Shown here: piece after piece, positions 28,918 through 38,971 of the stretch | Position numbering within the stretch: position 1 is the first letter of the stretch | Layout of the letters: every line of letters starts with the position of its first letter | DNA from: Candidatus Latescibacterota bacterium | GTDB taxonomy: Bacteria; Latescibacterota; UBA2968; GCA-2709665 | NCBI GenBank assembly: GCA_965219455.1 | Contig: OZ244744.1 | Span: forward strand, 2,240,001-2,304,000 | Length of the DNA stretch: 64,000 nucleotides | Reading direction: 5' to 3' | Position numbers and translations under genes: made by a program | The notes under the pieces: generated by a model | Told to the model about the DNA's origin: nothing | The model's database searches: none | What the model saw: only the letters and a program-made list of their open reading frames with translations

Positions 28918-29951
28918 ATAATCAACATTGCGTCGCCGTAGCTGTAAAACCGATACTGCTTCCGCACCGCCTCATTATACGACTCCAATATGAACGCTCG
29001 ATCCGAAAATGCGGAAACAAGCATCAGCAGCGTCGACCGGGGCAGATGAAAATTGGTGACCAGCCTGTCTATAAGCTTGAACCGGTACGGAGGATAGACA
29101 AATAACCGGGTCCAGCCCGACCCGGGATTCAGAATCCAGCTATCGCGGGTTCGCGACGCCGACGACTCGAGCGCACGCACGGTGGTTGTGCCCACCGCCA
29201 CAATCCGCCCTCCATTCCGCCGGCATGCATTCACCTTCCCGGCGGCTTTGGTACCAATCTCAAAGTACTCCGCATCCATTACGTGCCGCCGGGGATCTTC
29301 CACTTCCACGGGCTTGAACGTGCCCGGACCCACGTGGAGCAGCACCGGGACGATCTCCACGCCGGACGCCCGGATCCGATCAAGGAGATCCGACGTAAAA
29401 TGCAGGCCCGCGGTAGGCGCCGCCACCGCCCCCCGGGTACGCGCGTACACCGACTGATATCGTTCTCGATCAGTCGGATCCTCTTCCCGTCTGATATATG
29501 GCGGCAGTGGGATGCGTCCCTGGCTCTGCAGAACCGATTCCAGAGACGCACTGCCCTTGAACCGAACCATCCGGCGGCCCGACGGCAGAACCGCGGTCAC
29601 TTCCGCAACAAGATCCACGTCCGGAAAGGCCACCTGTGCGCCCTCCCGGAGCCGGCGGCCCGGACGCGCGAATACTTCCCAGCAATCCCCTTTGCAACGA
29701 ACCAGCAAAAGCTCCACGGCCCCGCGGGTGCCGGGTCGGTACCCGTTGAGGCGGGCCGGAAAAACGCGCGTTTCGTTGACGACCAGACAATCTCCGGGAC
29801 GCAGAAAGTCCGGAAACGACCTGAACACCGTATGGTCAATCCGCCCGGTTTTCCGATCCAGAACCATCAACCGGGCGCCGTCCCGTTCGGAGGCCGGGTA
29901 CTGGGCGATCAATTCCTCCGGAAGCCCGTAATCGTAGTCGGCAAGATTCAT
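28914..29951 (-). CDS. queA: S-adenosylmethionine:tRNA ribosyltransferase-isomerase
   Basis: LPEELIAQ, PLPPYI, AAPTAGLHF, HVGPGTF, VGTT.VR.LE, TNFHLP.STL, FYSYGDAMLI. Confidence 0.96.
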   Translation of the reverse strand: MNLADYDYGLPEELIAQYPASERDGARLMVLDRKTGRIDHTVFRSFPDFLRPGDCLVVNETRVFPARLNGYRPGTRGAVELLLVRCKGDCWEVFARPGRRLREGAQVAFPDVDLVAEVTAVLPSGRRMVRFKGSASLESVLQSQGRIPLPPYIRREEDPTDRERYQSVYARTRGAVAAPTAGLHFTSDLLDRIRASGVEIVPVLLHVGPGTFKPVEVEDPRRHVMDAEYFEIGTKAAGKVNACRRNGGRIVAVGTTTVRALESSASRTRDSWILNPGSGWTRLFVYPPYRFKLIDRLVTNFHLPRSTLLMLVSAFSDRAFILESYNEAVRKQYRFYSYGDAMLIM

Positions 29952-30128
29952 GGAACCCGATGTGCGGTATCAGGAATGCCCGGACATAATTGCCGCCGTT
30001 TCGTCCCGTGTGGCGGGTTTCCACGTTTGCTGCTTCCCGCAGGCAGACCGGCGAGCCCACGCCCTCGGATCCGGCCGTGAGGGCCGCGTCAGGCGGACGC
30101 CGCGGTGGGCGGATTCGCTCGATATTCG

Positions 30129-30353
30129 TCATCGCCGGGAAATCAGATTCAGGATCACGGTCAGGACGATGCTGATTACAATACACGTCACAATTGGGAA
30201 ATAAAACCTGAAGCCCTCCCGGCGAACGACAATATCTCCCGGCAACCGCCCAGGAAAAGGAATCTTGTCTCCGACCCAGAGTACAAAGCCCACCGAAAAC
30301 ACGAGAATCCCCACAATCATCAGGACCCTGCCGAAGCCGGAAAACTCGTTCAC
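30129..30353 (-). CDS. DUF2905 small membrane protein
   Basis: GRLPGDI......FYFPI.TCI..S. Confidence 0.85.
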   Translation of the reverse strand: MNEFSGFGRVLMIVGILVFSVGFVLWVGDKIPFPGRLPGDIVVRREGFRFYFPIVTCIVISIVLTVILNLISRR

Positions 30354-30609
30354 GACAACAACCTTTCACAGAAGTCAAAACTTACAGAATTCTTGAACCG
30401 ACGTCAAGGCATTGCGTCCCACGAAGAGGCTCCGGAACAAGCGGGCGAGAAGTCAGAGCCAGGCAAATCCGGCTTTACCGACCCTCTCGAAATTTCGATC
30501 GAATCCACGCCCGTTGTCGCCGCCTTCCCAACAAAATAAAAACGTGAAACACGCCACACCGCAGCGGTGGGCCGTTTCACGTTTGGCATCTGGCGTGGGG
30601 CGTACTTAA

Positions 30610-30719
30610 GTGTCCCGTCCCCGAAATATGTCACCATTCATCCGCCGGTTCATCCCGTCTCGCTGCGTTCCCCTCGCTCGGCGGCCGAATTTAGGCAATC
30701 TATTTCAGGGACAGAACAT
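30610..30719. mobile_element. MITE family B, ~110-bp copy abutting the stop codon of the Zn-dehydrogenase
   Basis: GTGTCCCGTCCCCGAAATATGTCACCATTC ... TATTTCAGGGACAGAACAT, flanked by TA-containing sites. Confidence 0.8.
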
Positions 30720-31753
30720 TACGGCGTAAATACGACCTTAAGCGCCTCCATATTTTCCGCTGCCGCGAACCCCCGCTCCCAATCTGTAAGGGGCAGCCGA
30801 TGTGTAATCATCGGATCCACGTCGATCTTGCCGTCCGCAATCATCCAGATCGTTTTGTCCCAACTCGCGTATTCGGTCGACATGTTGAAAAAGAGCGTTA
30901 CGACCTTGGTCATGGCGGCGTCCCAGTCCAGTTGCACGGGTCGCTTGCCGGTAAGGCCGATGGCGCATATCCGACCCCATTTACACACCAGATCGACCGC
31001 CTGCGCGATGGCCGGTGGCGCGCCGGAGCACTCAATCACCAGGTCCGCCCCCTTGCCGCCGGTCAACGCCAGGCAGCGCTCCACCGGATCCGCCTCGGCG
31101 AAATTCACCACATGCTCGACGCCCAACCTGCGCGCCGTCGCCAGGCGCAATTCCTCGTCTGCCGGCGCGCCTACGATCATCACTTCCCGCGCCCCCGCCA
31201 CCCGCGCCACCTGGGCCGCCAGCAAGCCGATAGGCCCCGGCCCCAGAACCACCACAAAATCGCCCACCTCAATTGCTTGCCGATCAATGATATCCGTCAC
31301 CGTATTGGCCGCCGGTTCGACCAACGCACCCTGCTCAAAACTCATATGATCCGGTATCCGGTGCAACAGGTTGGTGGGATATTTTATATATCTGGTGAAC
31401 GCGCCATCGATACCCCATCCGGGAGATCTTTTCTCCAGGCAGTTCTGTATATGCCCCTTCCGACACAGGAAACACTTGCCGCAGTGCAAGGTATGGGGCT
31501 CGCCAACCACGCGGTCGCCGACCTTCCAATCCGATACCGAATTTCCAACTTCGACGATCTCACCCGAGAACTCGTGGCCCAGGATCACGGGCGGCCAGTA
31601 CGGAAACGTATCGTGTTTAACGTGTACGTCCGTACCGCAAATGCCTGCCGCCTTTATCTCAATCAGAACCTCGTCGTCCGTAATCTCGGGCTCCGGCACG
31701 TCGCGCAATTCCAGAAACCCAACGCCTCGTTTGGTCTTGACAACCGCCTCCAT
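30719..31753 (-). CDS. Zinc-dependent alcohol/polyol dehydrogenase (MDR family)
   Basis: GICGTD, GHEFSG, C..C..C.......C, GPGPIG. Confidence 0.92.
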   Translation of the reverse strand: MEAVVKTKRGVGFLELRDVPEPEITDDEVLIEIKAAGICGTDVHVKHDTFPYWPPVILGHEFSGEIVEVGNSVSDWKVGDRVVGEPHTLHCGKCFLCRKGHIQNCLEKRSPGWGIDGAFTRYIKYPTNLLHRIPDHMSFEQGALVEPAANTVTDIIDRQAIEVGDFVVVLGPGPIGLLAAQVARVAGAREVMIVGAPADEELRLATARRLGVEHVVNFAEADPVERCLALTGGKGADLVIECSGAPPAIAQAVDLVCKWGRICAIGLTGKRPVQLDWDAAMTKVVTLFFNMSTEYASWDKTIWMIADGKIDVDPMITHRLPLTDWERGFAAAENMEALKVVFTP

Positions 31754-31959
31754 AATCTGCTCCTTGTTATGTTGGATCGTTACAACTCCGCTTAGTCGGC
31801 CGGTGCGAAACAACCTCAACGCCGTGAGACGGATACCTCAGGATCGCGTGTTCCCTGCCGAACCCTGCGCGGCTGTGAAATCTGGCGAAGAAGGCACGCA
31901 CAAGGCACGAATTCCCCTTGAAATTTCGGGTCGGATAATGTATAATCAAATTTACAATG

Positions 31960-31988
31960 CAGCCGACCGGGGTTTCACCGGTCGGCTG
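31960..31988. terminator. Strong hairpin downstream of the small gene 32198..32007
   Basis: CAGCCGACCGG-ggtttca-CCGGTCGGCTG, 11-bp perfect stem. Confidence 0.55.
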
Positions 31989-32006
31989 ATCCGATTGTAA
32001 CTGTAA

Positions 32007-32198
32007 TCAGCCACAATCCAGACAACGCACTTCGTCAAAAATCCGATCCTGCTCATCCGGCTCGTCAATTGCAAAATTAACGAGGCACCGTACGGCCTTG
32101 GAAGCGTCTTCCAGACGGTATCGGGCGGCGATCTCTTTCAAAAACGCCATCTGGTGTGTTTCCAGCAAGATCTCGAAAGTCTGCTTTTCCTTGAACAC
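32007..32198 (-). CDS. Small hypothetical protein (63 aa) with C-terminal CxxC
   Basis: GGAGGT RBS before a GTG start; protein ends VRCLDCG. Confidence 0.65.
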   Translation of the reverse strand: MFKEKQTFEILLETHQMAFLKEIAARYRLEDASKAVRCLVNFAIDEPDEQDRIFDEVRCLDCG

Positions 32199-32394
32199 GC
32201 CAGCACCTCCCTGGAGAGTCGGATTCCACCATGTAGCCGATAATATTCCCGCGTTTCCCAAGATTCATGATAGGGTTTCCGCAGTGTATTGTCAATGGGG
32301 ATTCATCTTCCCGCACCCGCTCTATCCGAACCGGCCGGTACCCAACGCAGCAAGTCGACAACAGGGCGTTTACTGATCGCAGGTTCCCGAATTC

Positions 32395-35253
32395 ATGTCT
32401 ATACTTGGATCTTTCATCGCCATTGACCTCGAGACTTCCGGCCTGGAACCCCCGGGTGCCGAAATCCTGGAAATCGGTGCGGTACGTGTGGAAAACGGTC
32501 AAGTCGTCGACCGTTTCCAGACCTATGTCAAGCCCAGGGGGGTCATTCCGGACGAAACTGTCCGTCTCACCGGGATCACGGCACGGACGGTCCGGAATGC
32601 GCCGCCAATCGACGACGCCTTCGAGAAATTTCGGCGTTTCGTGGCCGAACTGCCCCTCATTGCCCACCAGGGACGCTTCGAATCCCGTTTCCTTAATGCC
32701 TTTGCTGATTTTCCCATCGAGAATTCAGCGCACAGCGTTCGGGAACTCGCCCGCACCGCTCTGCCCACCCTCCACGATCACCGCGTGCAAACCCTTGCCG
32801 TACACTTCTCCGTTGAGTGCGACTCGCCGCACAAGGCCCTGGCCGACGCGGAAACCCTGGCGGGAATCTACCTCAATCTGGTAGAACGGCTCCGGTCCGT
32901 GTCCCTTCACCTGAAACAGCAAATGCTTCGTTTGCTGCAGGGCTCCAGGTCGGGGTTGCTTCCAATTCTGGTCGAATTGGCCAGCGAAGGCGCGAGGAAA
33001 GAGTTCCTGAGCCCGAAGCCGGGCGGCCGGCTACCTGACACCCCGCTATTCAATGCAGGAGGGGAGACACTTCAGAGTCAGGGCGACCCATCCGATCAGC
33101 CCTTGGACGCAAAGACGGTCTGCGACATGCTGGAACCCGGCGGAAGCTTTGACGAGGGGATCTCCGGGTACGAATATCGTCCCCAGCAGGTCGAAATGGC
33201 GCAGGCCGTGACCGAAGCCATCAACAATGGGCGGCACCTGGCCGTGGAAGCCGGCACAGGCGTGGGAAAATCGATCGCCTACCTTGCGCCGTCCATACTC
33301 TATGCCGTACAGAACAACGTACGATTCATCGTTTCGACCAACACCAAAAACCTCCAGGAACAACTCTTCTTCAAAGACCTGCCCGTTCTGTCGCCAATCC
33401 TGAACGTGCCCTTCCGCTACGCCCTGCTCAAGGGTCGAAACAACTATATGTGTCTGAACAGGTGGGATTCCGCGCTGGCCAATCCGGACGCCACCTTCAC
33501 GCCGAACGAACGCATCGGTGCGCTGCCCCTGGTGCTGTGGGCGGAAACAACCGGCACAGGGGACATCACCGAGAATACAGGATTCGACCCGGCACGCCAT
33601 GCAGGGCTGTGGGCTAAAGTCTGCTCCGACTCTGGCTTCTGCCGCAGCCAGCGTTGCCGCAACAACGGACGGTGTTTTGCCAACAACATCCGCAGAACCG
33701 CCGCAAAAGCGCATCTGGTGGTGATCAATCACTCGTTGCTCTTCTCCGATCTTGTCACAGAGAACGCCATCCTTGGCGAGTACTCCCACCTGGTTTTGGA
33801 CGAAGCGCACAATCTCGAGAAAGTCGCCGCGCACTACCTGGGAAAAGAACTCAGCATGTGGCGGGTCAAGAACATCACCGATCAACTGTGCGGCCCCGGT
33901 TCGTCGGACGCGGGTACTCTGCCCGCCCTGAGACATTGGATCGCCCTTGCAGATCCGGAACCGGCCACGGCCAAAGCCTTTGACGCCGGCATCAAATCCG
34001 CGACGATTGCGGCACAGGACCTCTGGCTTGGGACCCGGACGTTTTTTGAGAACCTCTCCCTACACCTTCTGCAACGGGTGGGCGGTCCGGGAAATACGTA
34101 CAGAGAAAAGATCCGCTATCGAACTGGCGAATCCACCTTCGAGACCCTGACGGAATCGCTGACCCCGTTTTCGCTTGCCCTGGGTGCGCTCTGCAGCCGC
34201 CTCAAGGACCTCTCGGACTGGCTTCGGGACCTGCCGGGGCACACCTTTGTCAACCAGGATGAGATCAACAACGAGCTGGTCGGGTGCATCGAGACCACCC
34301 AAACCATTCTGGACGACCTGAACGACCTCGTCACGGCCAACGATGAGAACGCCGTTTACTGGCTGGAATTGCCGGGGACGGAAAAAAGCGCCGACACCCG
34401 CCTCTTTTCCGCTCCCCTTGATGTTTCCGAGATGCTGAACGACGGGCTCTACGAAGGCAAAGACACGATCGTATTTACGTCCGCCACGCTGGGTATCCGT
34501 GGCAGGCTTACCTATTTTCTCCGGCGCATGGGCCTCGAATCCATGCCCGGGACCCGCATGCAGACCCTTTGCCTGGGCTCCCCTTTCGACTACCGGAAAC
34601 AGGCTCTCGTATGCACTCCTCGCTTTATGCCCTCGCCCAAATCCGCCGATTTCCAGCAAGCCGTGGACACGCTGCTGCACGAACTGATGCTCAAGACAAA
34701 ACGAGGCACCCTGGCCCTCTTCACTTCTTACGGCATGTTGAACCGCACCTACGATGCCATTAAGCCAAACCTGCACTCCAACGGCGTTCTCGTGCTGGGA
34801 CAGGGCATTGACGGATCCCGCACGAATATCACGAACCGGTTCAAACTCGAAGAAACCGCCATGCTCCTGGGTACCGACAGCTTCTGGGAAGGCATCGACG
34901 TTCCCGGCAACGCGCTCCAGGTTCTGGGCATTGTACGTCTGCCATTCGCCGTGCCCTCCGAACCTCTCGTAGCCGCCCATATAGAGGAACTGGAAAAACA
35001 GGGCAAAGATCCGTTTCTGAATTACTCTGTACCCGAAGCCATCCTGAAGTTCCGGCAGGGCTTTGGACGACTAATCCGCAACAAGACCGACCGGGGCGCG
35101 GTCGTCGTACTGGACAGCAGGGTGCTCAGCACCCGATACGGTCGGGCTTTTCTGCAGGCCCTGCCGGTGGGCCATCACACTTTCAATACCCGGGACGAGA
35201 TGATCGGCGCCATCGCCGCCTGGTTTGAAGACACCAACGGAACAGACCATTGA
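32395..35253 (+). CDS. dinG: DnaQ-like exonuclease fused to a DinG-family helicase
   Basis: IDLETSG, HKALADA; YEYRPQQ, EAGTGVGKS, Fe-S Cys cluster, DEAH, TSATL, FWEGID, QGFGRLIR. Confidence 0.92.
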   Translation: MSILGSFIAIDLETSGLEPPGAEILEIGAVRVENGQVVDRFQTYVKPRGVIPDETVRLTGITARTVRNAPPIDDAFEKFRRFVAELPLIAHQGRFESRFLNAFADFPIENSAHSVRELARTALPTLHDHRVQTLAVHFSVECDSPHKALADAETLAGIYLNLVERLRSVSLHLKQQMLRLLQGSRSGLLPILVELASEGARKEFLSPKPGGRLPDTPLFNAGGETLQSQGDPSDQPLDAKTVCDMLEPGGSFDEGISGYEYRPQQVEMAQAVTEAINNGRHLAVEAGTGVGKSIAYLAPSILYAVQNNVRFIVSTNTKNLQEQLFFKDLPVLSPILNVPFRYALLKGRNNYMCLNRWDSALANPDATFTPNERIGALPLVLWAETTGTGDITENTGFDPARHAGLWAKVCSDSGFCRSQRCRNNGRCFANNIRRTAAKAHLVVINHSLLFSDLVTENAILGEYSHLVLDEAHNLEKVAAHYLGKELSMWRVKNITDQLCGPGSSDAGTLPALRHWIALADPEPATAKAFDAGIKSATIAAQDLWLGTRTFFENLSLHLLQRVGGPGNTYREKIRYRTGESTFETLTESLTPFSLALGALCSRLKDLSDWLRDLPGHTFVNQDEINNELVGCIETTQTILDDLNDLVTANDENAVYWLELPGTEKSADTRLFSAPLDVSEMLNDGLYEGKDTIVFTSATLGIRGRLTYFLRRMGLESMPGTRMQTLCLGSPFDYRKQALVCTPRFMPSPKSADFQQAVDTLLHELMLKTKRGTLALFTSYGMLNRTYDAIKPNLHSNGVLVLGQGIDGSRTNITNRFKLEETAMLLGTDSFWEGIDVPGNALQVLGIVRLPFAVPSEPLVAAHIEELEKQGKDPFLNYSVPEAILKFRQGFGRLIRNKTDRGAVVVLDSRVLSTRYGRAFLQALPVGHHTFNTRDEMIGAIAAWFEDTNGTDH

Positions 35254-36722
35254 ACCCCAAGGGCGTGACATCCATCAAGGAGCCCCTGACGAAACTGCTC
35301 TCGCAGGTGCCCCAGGTGAACCATCCGCTGATCGGCCAGGCGTATCACCTCGCCAACGCGAGCCACGAAGGGCAACACCGGGATGAGGGGCAGCCGTTTA
35401 TTACCCATCCCATCGCCGTGGCGCTCATCCTGGCATCCGAACTCGGCTTCGCCAGAGATTCGGATATGATTTCGGCCGCCCTGCTCCACGACGCGGCGGA
35501 AGATTCCGTGCTGACTCCGGACGAGGACATTCTGCCCACGTTCGGCGCACGGGTCACCGAACTGGTGAAGGGCGTAACCAAAGTGGACGAACCCGGCACC
35601 CGCAGCCGATCTGCCCGCCGGTCCGCGACGCTCCAAAGGCTATTCACCGCCGCGCACCGCGACCCGCGGGTACTCATTCTGAAACTCGCGGACCGCGTGC
35701 ATAACATGCGCAGCATCGCGGGCATCAAGGACGCCAAACGCCAACATCGAATTGCACAGGAAACCATCGACGTCTACGCGCCGCTCTCCCGCCTGCTGGG
35801 CATGGACCGCATACGCAGGGAACTGGAAGACCGCAGCTTCGGCTGCCTCCACCCCAGAGTCTACGACCAGCTTGTCCGCCACATGCAAGATGGTCCGCCA
35901 CAATCCTTTCTCGACTTTCAGACCGGGATGCGCGATCTTTTCGCGGACCACGGAATCCGCACACGCATCCGGCTCCGGGCCAAGAGTCTGAGGAGTATCT
36001 ACGGCAAAGCCATTGGCGCCGGTTCCAGTGGGACGCGCCTGTTGGTAGACAACGTCCACGACCGATACACCGTCATCGTAATCGCCTCCAATCGTTACTC
36101 GTGCTACAGGACGCTGGGAATTGTCCATCACAGGTTCACCCCTCTGACGGATGGAATAAAGGATTTTATCGCCTTGCCCAAACGAAACGGTTACCAGGCG
36201 CTACAGACAACCGTCATCGACAAAGGGCAGCGCTTTGAAGTCGTCATACAGACCCCTTCCATGTACAGAATGGGTGAACTGGGCGTGGGGACCCTTCGCG
36301 GCGGAGAACTTCAGGAAGAGCGGCGGACCCGATGGCTTCAGGAACTGGCCGAATGGCATGAACACGGCGGCTCCGGCGTTCAATTCCTGGACGAGGTCAA
36401 ACGCATGCTCTTTGTCCATGAAATGGCCGTTTTCACACCCAACGGCGATCCCATTATTCTGCCCGAGGGCGCCACCCTCGCGGACTTTGCTTTCGCCGTC
36501 CACACGGACCTCGGCCGCCACTGTATTGGCGGGCGCATCAACGGCAAATCCGCATCGCGTTTTTCGGTTCTGAACTGGGGCGATACGATCGAAATAGAAA
36601 CCGCTCCCCACCAGCAGCTAAAACGCGCCTGGCTGCGTTATGTGAAGACCTACCGCGCCCGCCGCCTCATCCGGCGTCACATCACCCGCGCGGAATCGTC
36701 CGGCGAACAGATCATCGAGTGA
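35250..36722 (+). CDS. RelA/SpoT-like protein (HD + degenerate synthetase + TGS, no ACT domain)
   Basis: H.GQ.R..G.PFITHP, LLHDAAED, KLADRVHNMR, PKRNGYQ.L.T, VFTPNG...LPEGAT..DFAFAVHT. Confidence 0.85.
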   Translation: MNPKGVTSIKEPLTKLLSQVPQVNHPLIGQAYHLANASHEGQHRDEGQPFITHPIAVALILASELGFARDSDMISAALLHDAAEDSVLTPDEDILPTFGARVTELVKGVTKVDEPGTRSRSARRSATLQRLFTAAHRDPRVLILKLADRVHNMRSIAGIKDAKRQHRIAQETIDVYAPLSRLLGMDRIRRELEDRSFGCLHPRVYDQLVRHMQDGPPQSFLDFQTGMRDLFADHGIRTRIRLRAKSLRSIYGKAIGAGSSGTRLLVDNVHDRYTVIVIASNRYSCYRTLGIVHHRFTPLTDGIKDFIALPKRNGYQALQTTVIDKGQRFEVVIQTPSMYRMGELGVGTLRGGELQEERRTRWLQELAEWHEHGGSGVQFLDEVKRMLFVHEMAVFTPNGDPIILPEGATLADFAFAVHTDLGRHCIGGRINGKSASRFSVLNWGDTIEIETAPHQQLKRAWLRYVKTYRARRLIRRHITRAESSGEQIIE

Positions 36723-36823
36723 CCGGAAATCCACGTGCGAATCGCCGATGCCACACCCGGGTCGGTGTTTTCTATCAGCAATCCTTCATCAACGTTCTCT
36801 CTTAATCGCTGAGGAGTCATGGT

Positions 36824-37165
36824 TTGAAATCCCACTTTTCCCTCTTCGCTGTCTTCCTGTTCCTCGTGGCCTGTGGCCAGGACGCCGAACGCGTACAGGC
36901 TGAAATCGACGAGCAGGAAAAGAAAATCGTCAACGCAAAAACCATCGTTCAACTCGAACAAAAGCGCCTGGTAGAGCTGCAGGACAGCCTCGAAATCAAT
37001 ATCAGGCAGAATATCGCTCTGAACATGGACACAACCACCGCGGCCGCGATCGAAAAAGAACGGTTGGCTCTCCAGGAAACCCTTGTCGAAACAGCGAAAC
37101 GCAACCTCGACAGCCAGAAGGAATTTCAGGCCCTCCTGAAAAAGCGCATGCAAGCCCTGAGATGA
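36824..37165 (+). CDS. Coiled-coil lipoprotein, hypothetical
   Basis: Lipobox LVAC after a hydrophobic stretch; heptad-rich body; GAGGAG RBS. Confidence 0.75.
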   Translation: MKSHFSLFAVFLFLVACGQDAERVQAEIDEQEKKIVNAKTIVQLEQKRLVELQDSLEINIRQNIALNMDTTTAAAIEKERLALQETLVETAKRNLDSQKEFQALLKKRMQALR

Positions 37166-37336
37166 CCCCTTTCAACCCCCGGATCGATCAATCCGCTGCA
37201 CAGGGGTATGGTCCCGCTCGGCGAAAAAGCCCGATCTGCCGTTCCCAGGCCGCCGAGGAGCCATACGATCCGAAGACGCGGACCGGGGGCGCCCGGTCCG
37301 ACGGGACGGCCTCACGCGCCACGACAGGAGATCCCG

Positions 37337-38902
37337 ATGAACGATGACTCAGCATTGATCGCACACTGGAAGTTGAACGGCGACTGCCGTGATCGTGCAG
37401 GCTTCAACCACGGAGAAAATCACGGCGTCGCCTTTTCCACTGACGGCGCCGGATTCAACGGTCGCGGCGCCCACGTCCTGGTGCCCTCCACCCGCTCGCT
37501 CAACTTCGGCGCCGATGATTTCTCCATTTCCGTCCACGTTCATACCGACGAAATCCTGGACGACGTGCCCGGAGACATTCTCAGCAAATACGACCCCGCC
37601 ACCCGCACCGGCTTTAACTTCGGACTTGCGAACAGCGCGGGCGTCACGGCAGCCCAATCCAACTACCGCCACCTCCATTTCGGCATCGACAGCGGCCGTA
37701 CGGGTGAGTGGATGGACTGCGGTCGCCCCGGTAACAACCTGCGCGTCTACTCTCTGTGCGTTTTCGATGGCGATCTCTACGCGGGTACGTTCGAAACCGG
37801 CGCGGAAGAATCGGGCGGCGTCTACCGATACGACGGGGAGGCCGGATGGATCGACTGCGGGCACCCGGACAGGTGCAATACCATGGCATCGCTCTGTGTT
37901 TTCAACGGAACTCTATACGCGGGATCCTCCCGCTACAAGGCCGGCGGTTCCGCCCTTCCCGAATCCGAAAACCAGAACCCGGGCGGCAACATGTTCAGGT
38001 ACGAAGGCGGTTCCGACTGGACACGCATCGGCCACCTGGAAGGCGCGGATTCCTGCGCCGGAATGGCCGTCTACAGGGTGCGCCTCTACGCAATCCCCCT
38101 CTACAGCCAGGGCGTTTTCCGCTACGACGGCGATGACGTCTGGAGTCACTGCGGCACCCCGGGTCGACGCATGATGTCCCTGGGGGTATTCAACGGCCAT
38201 TTGTACGGCGCAGGAAACGAAGGAGATGCGGACGGCGGCGTGTTCCGCTACGACGGCGGAACCGGGTGGGCGCACGCCGGCGGCCAGGAGGGCGTGAACC
38301 AGGTCTATTCCTTTGCCGCCCACAACGGCAGACTCCACGTGGGCACATGGCCGGAGGGCAAGGTCTTCCGGGACGACGGCGACGACACTTGGACGTGCGC
38401 CGGACGCCTGGGCGAGGAACTGGAAGTCATGGCGATGGCCGTCTACAACGGCAAACTCTACGCCGGTACCCTGCCTCTGGGCCAGGTCTATCGGTACGAC
38501 GGGGGTGACACCTGGACCCTCACGGGCCAACTCGACACAACCCCCGACGTGAAATACCGCCGCGTCTGGTCCATGGCCGTTTACCGGGGGAAACTATTCG
38601 GCGGCACGTTGCCTTCCGGCCACGTCTACGCAATGGAGGCCGGCGCGAACGTGAGCCACGACCGCGAACTCGCGGCCGGATGGCGGCATCTCGTGGCGGT
38701 CCGCCAAAGCAACCGGCTCCTTCTCTACGTCGACGGCAAACAAGTTTCCACGTCGTCGACCTTCGATCCCTCGGTATTCGACCTCACGAACGACATGCCC
38801 CTCAGGATCGGCGCCGGTGGCGTCGACACCTTCAACGGACGGCTCCGGGATCTTCGTCTCTATGGCCGCGCCCTCACGGGGGCGGAAATCGCGAATCGGT
38901 AA
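37337..38902 (+). CDS. LamG-like jellyroll domain with an inserted beta-propeller
   Basis: LIAHWKLNG...F.G..N-half and WRHLVAVR...LYVDG...LRIG...FNGRL.DLRLY C-half flank repeated V[YF]RYDG..W units. Confidence 0.75.
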   Translation: MNDDSALIAHWKLNGDCRDRAGFNHGENHGVAFSTDGAGFNGRGAHVLVPSTRSLNFGADDFSISVHVHTDEILDDVPGDILSKYDPATRTGFNFGLANSAGVTAAQSNYRHLHFGIDSGRTGEWMDCGRPGNNLRVYSLCVFDGDLYAGTFETGAEESGGVYRYDGEAGWIDCGHPDRCNTMASLCVFNGTLYAGSSRYKAGGSALPESENQNPGGNMFRYEGGSDWTRIGHLEGADSCAGMAVYRVRLYAIPLYSQGVFRYDGDDVWSHCGTPGRRMMSLGVFNGHLYGAGNEGDADGGVFRYDGGTGWAHAGGQEGVNQVYSFAAHNGRLHVGTWPEGKVFRDDGDDTWTCAGRLGEELEVMAMAVYNGKLYAGTLPLGQVYRYDGGDTWTLTGQLDTTPDVKYRRVWSMAVYRGKLFGGTLPSGHVYAMEAGANVSHDRELAAGWRHLVAVRQSNRLLLYVDGKQVSTSSTFDPSVFDLTNDMPLRIGAGGVDTFNGRLRDLRLYGRALTGAEIANR

Positions 38903-38971
38903 TATCCGCCGGCCGTCCCGCAGCAGGGACAGGAACGGAACCCGGATACCAACACCTATTGGAGGACCGAA

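Noticed and set aside
31940-32009. Sec read-through of the TGA after CLDCG
   Set aside because: The downstream frame is not protein-like, and the long perfect hairpin fits a terminator better than a SECIS
32395-35253. DinG as a type IV CRISPR or defence component
   Set aside because: It is the standard exonuclease-DinG fusion in a housekeeping context with no csf/cas genes
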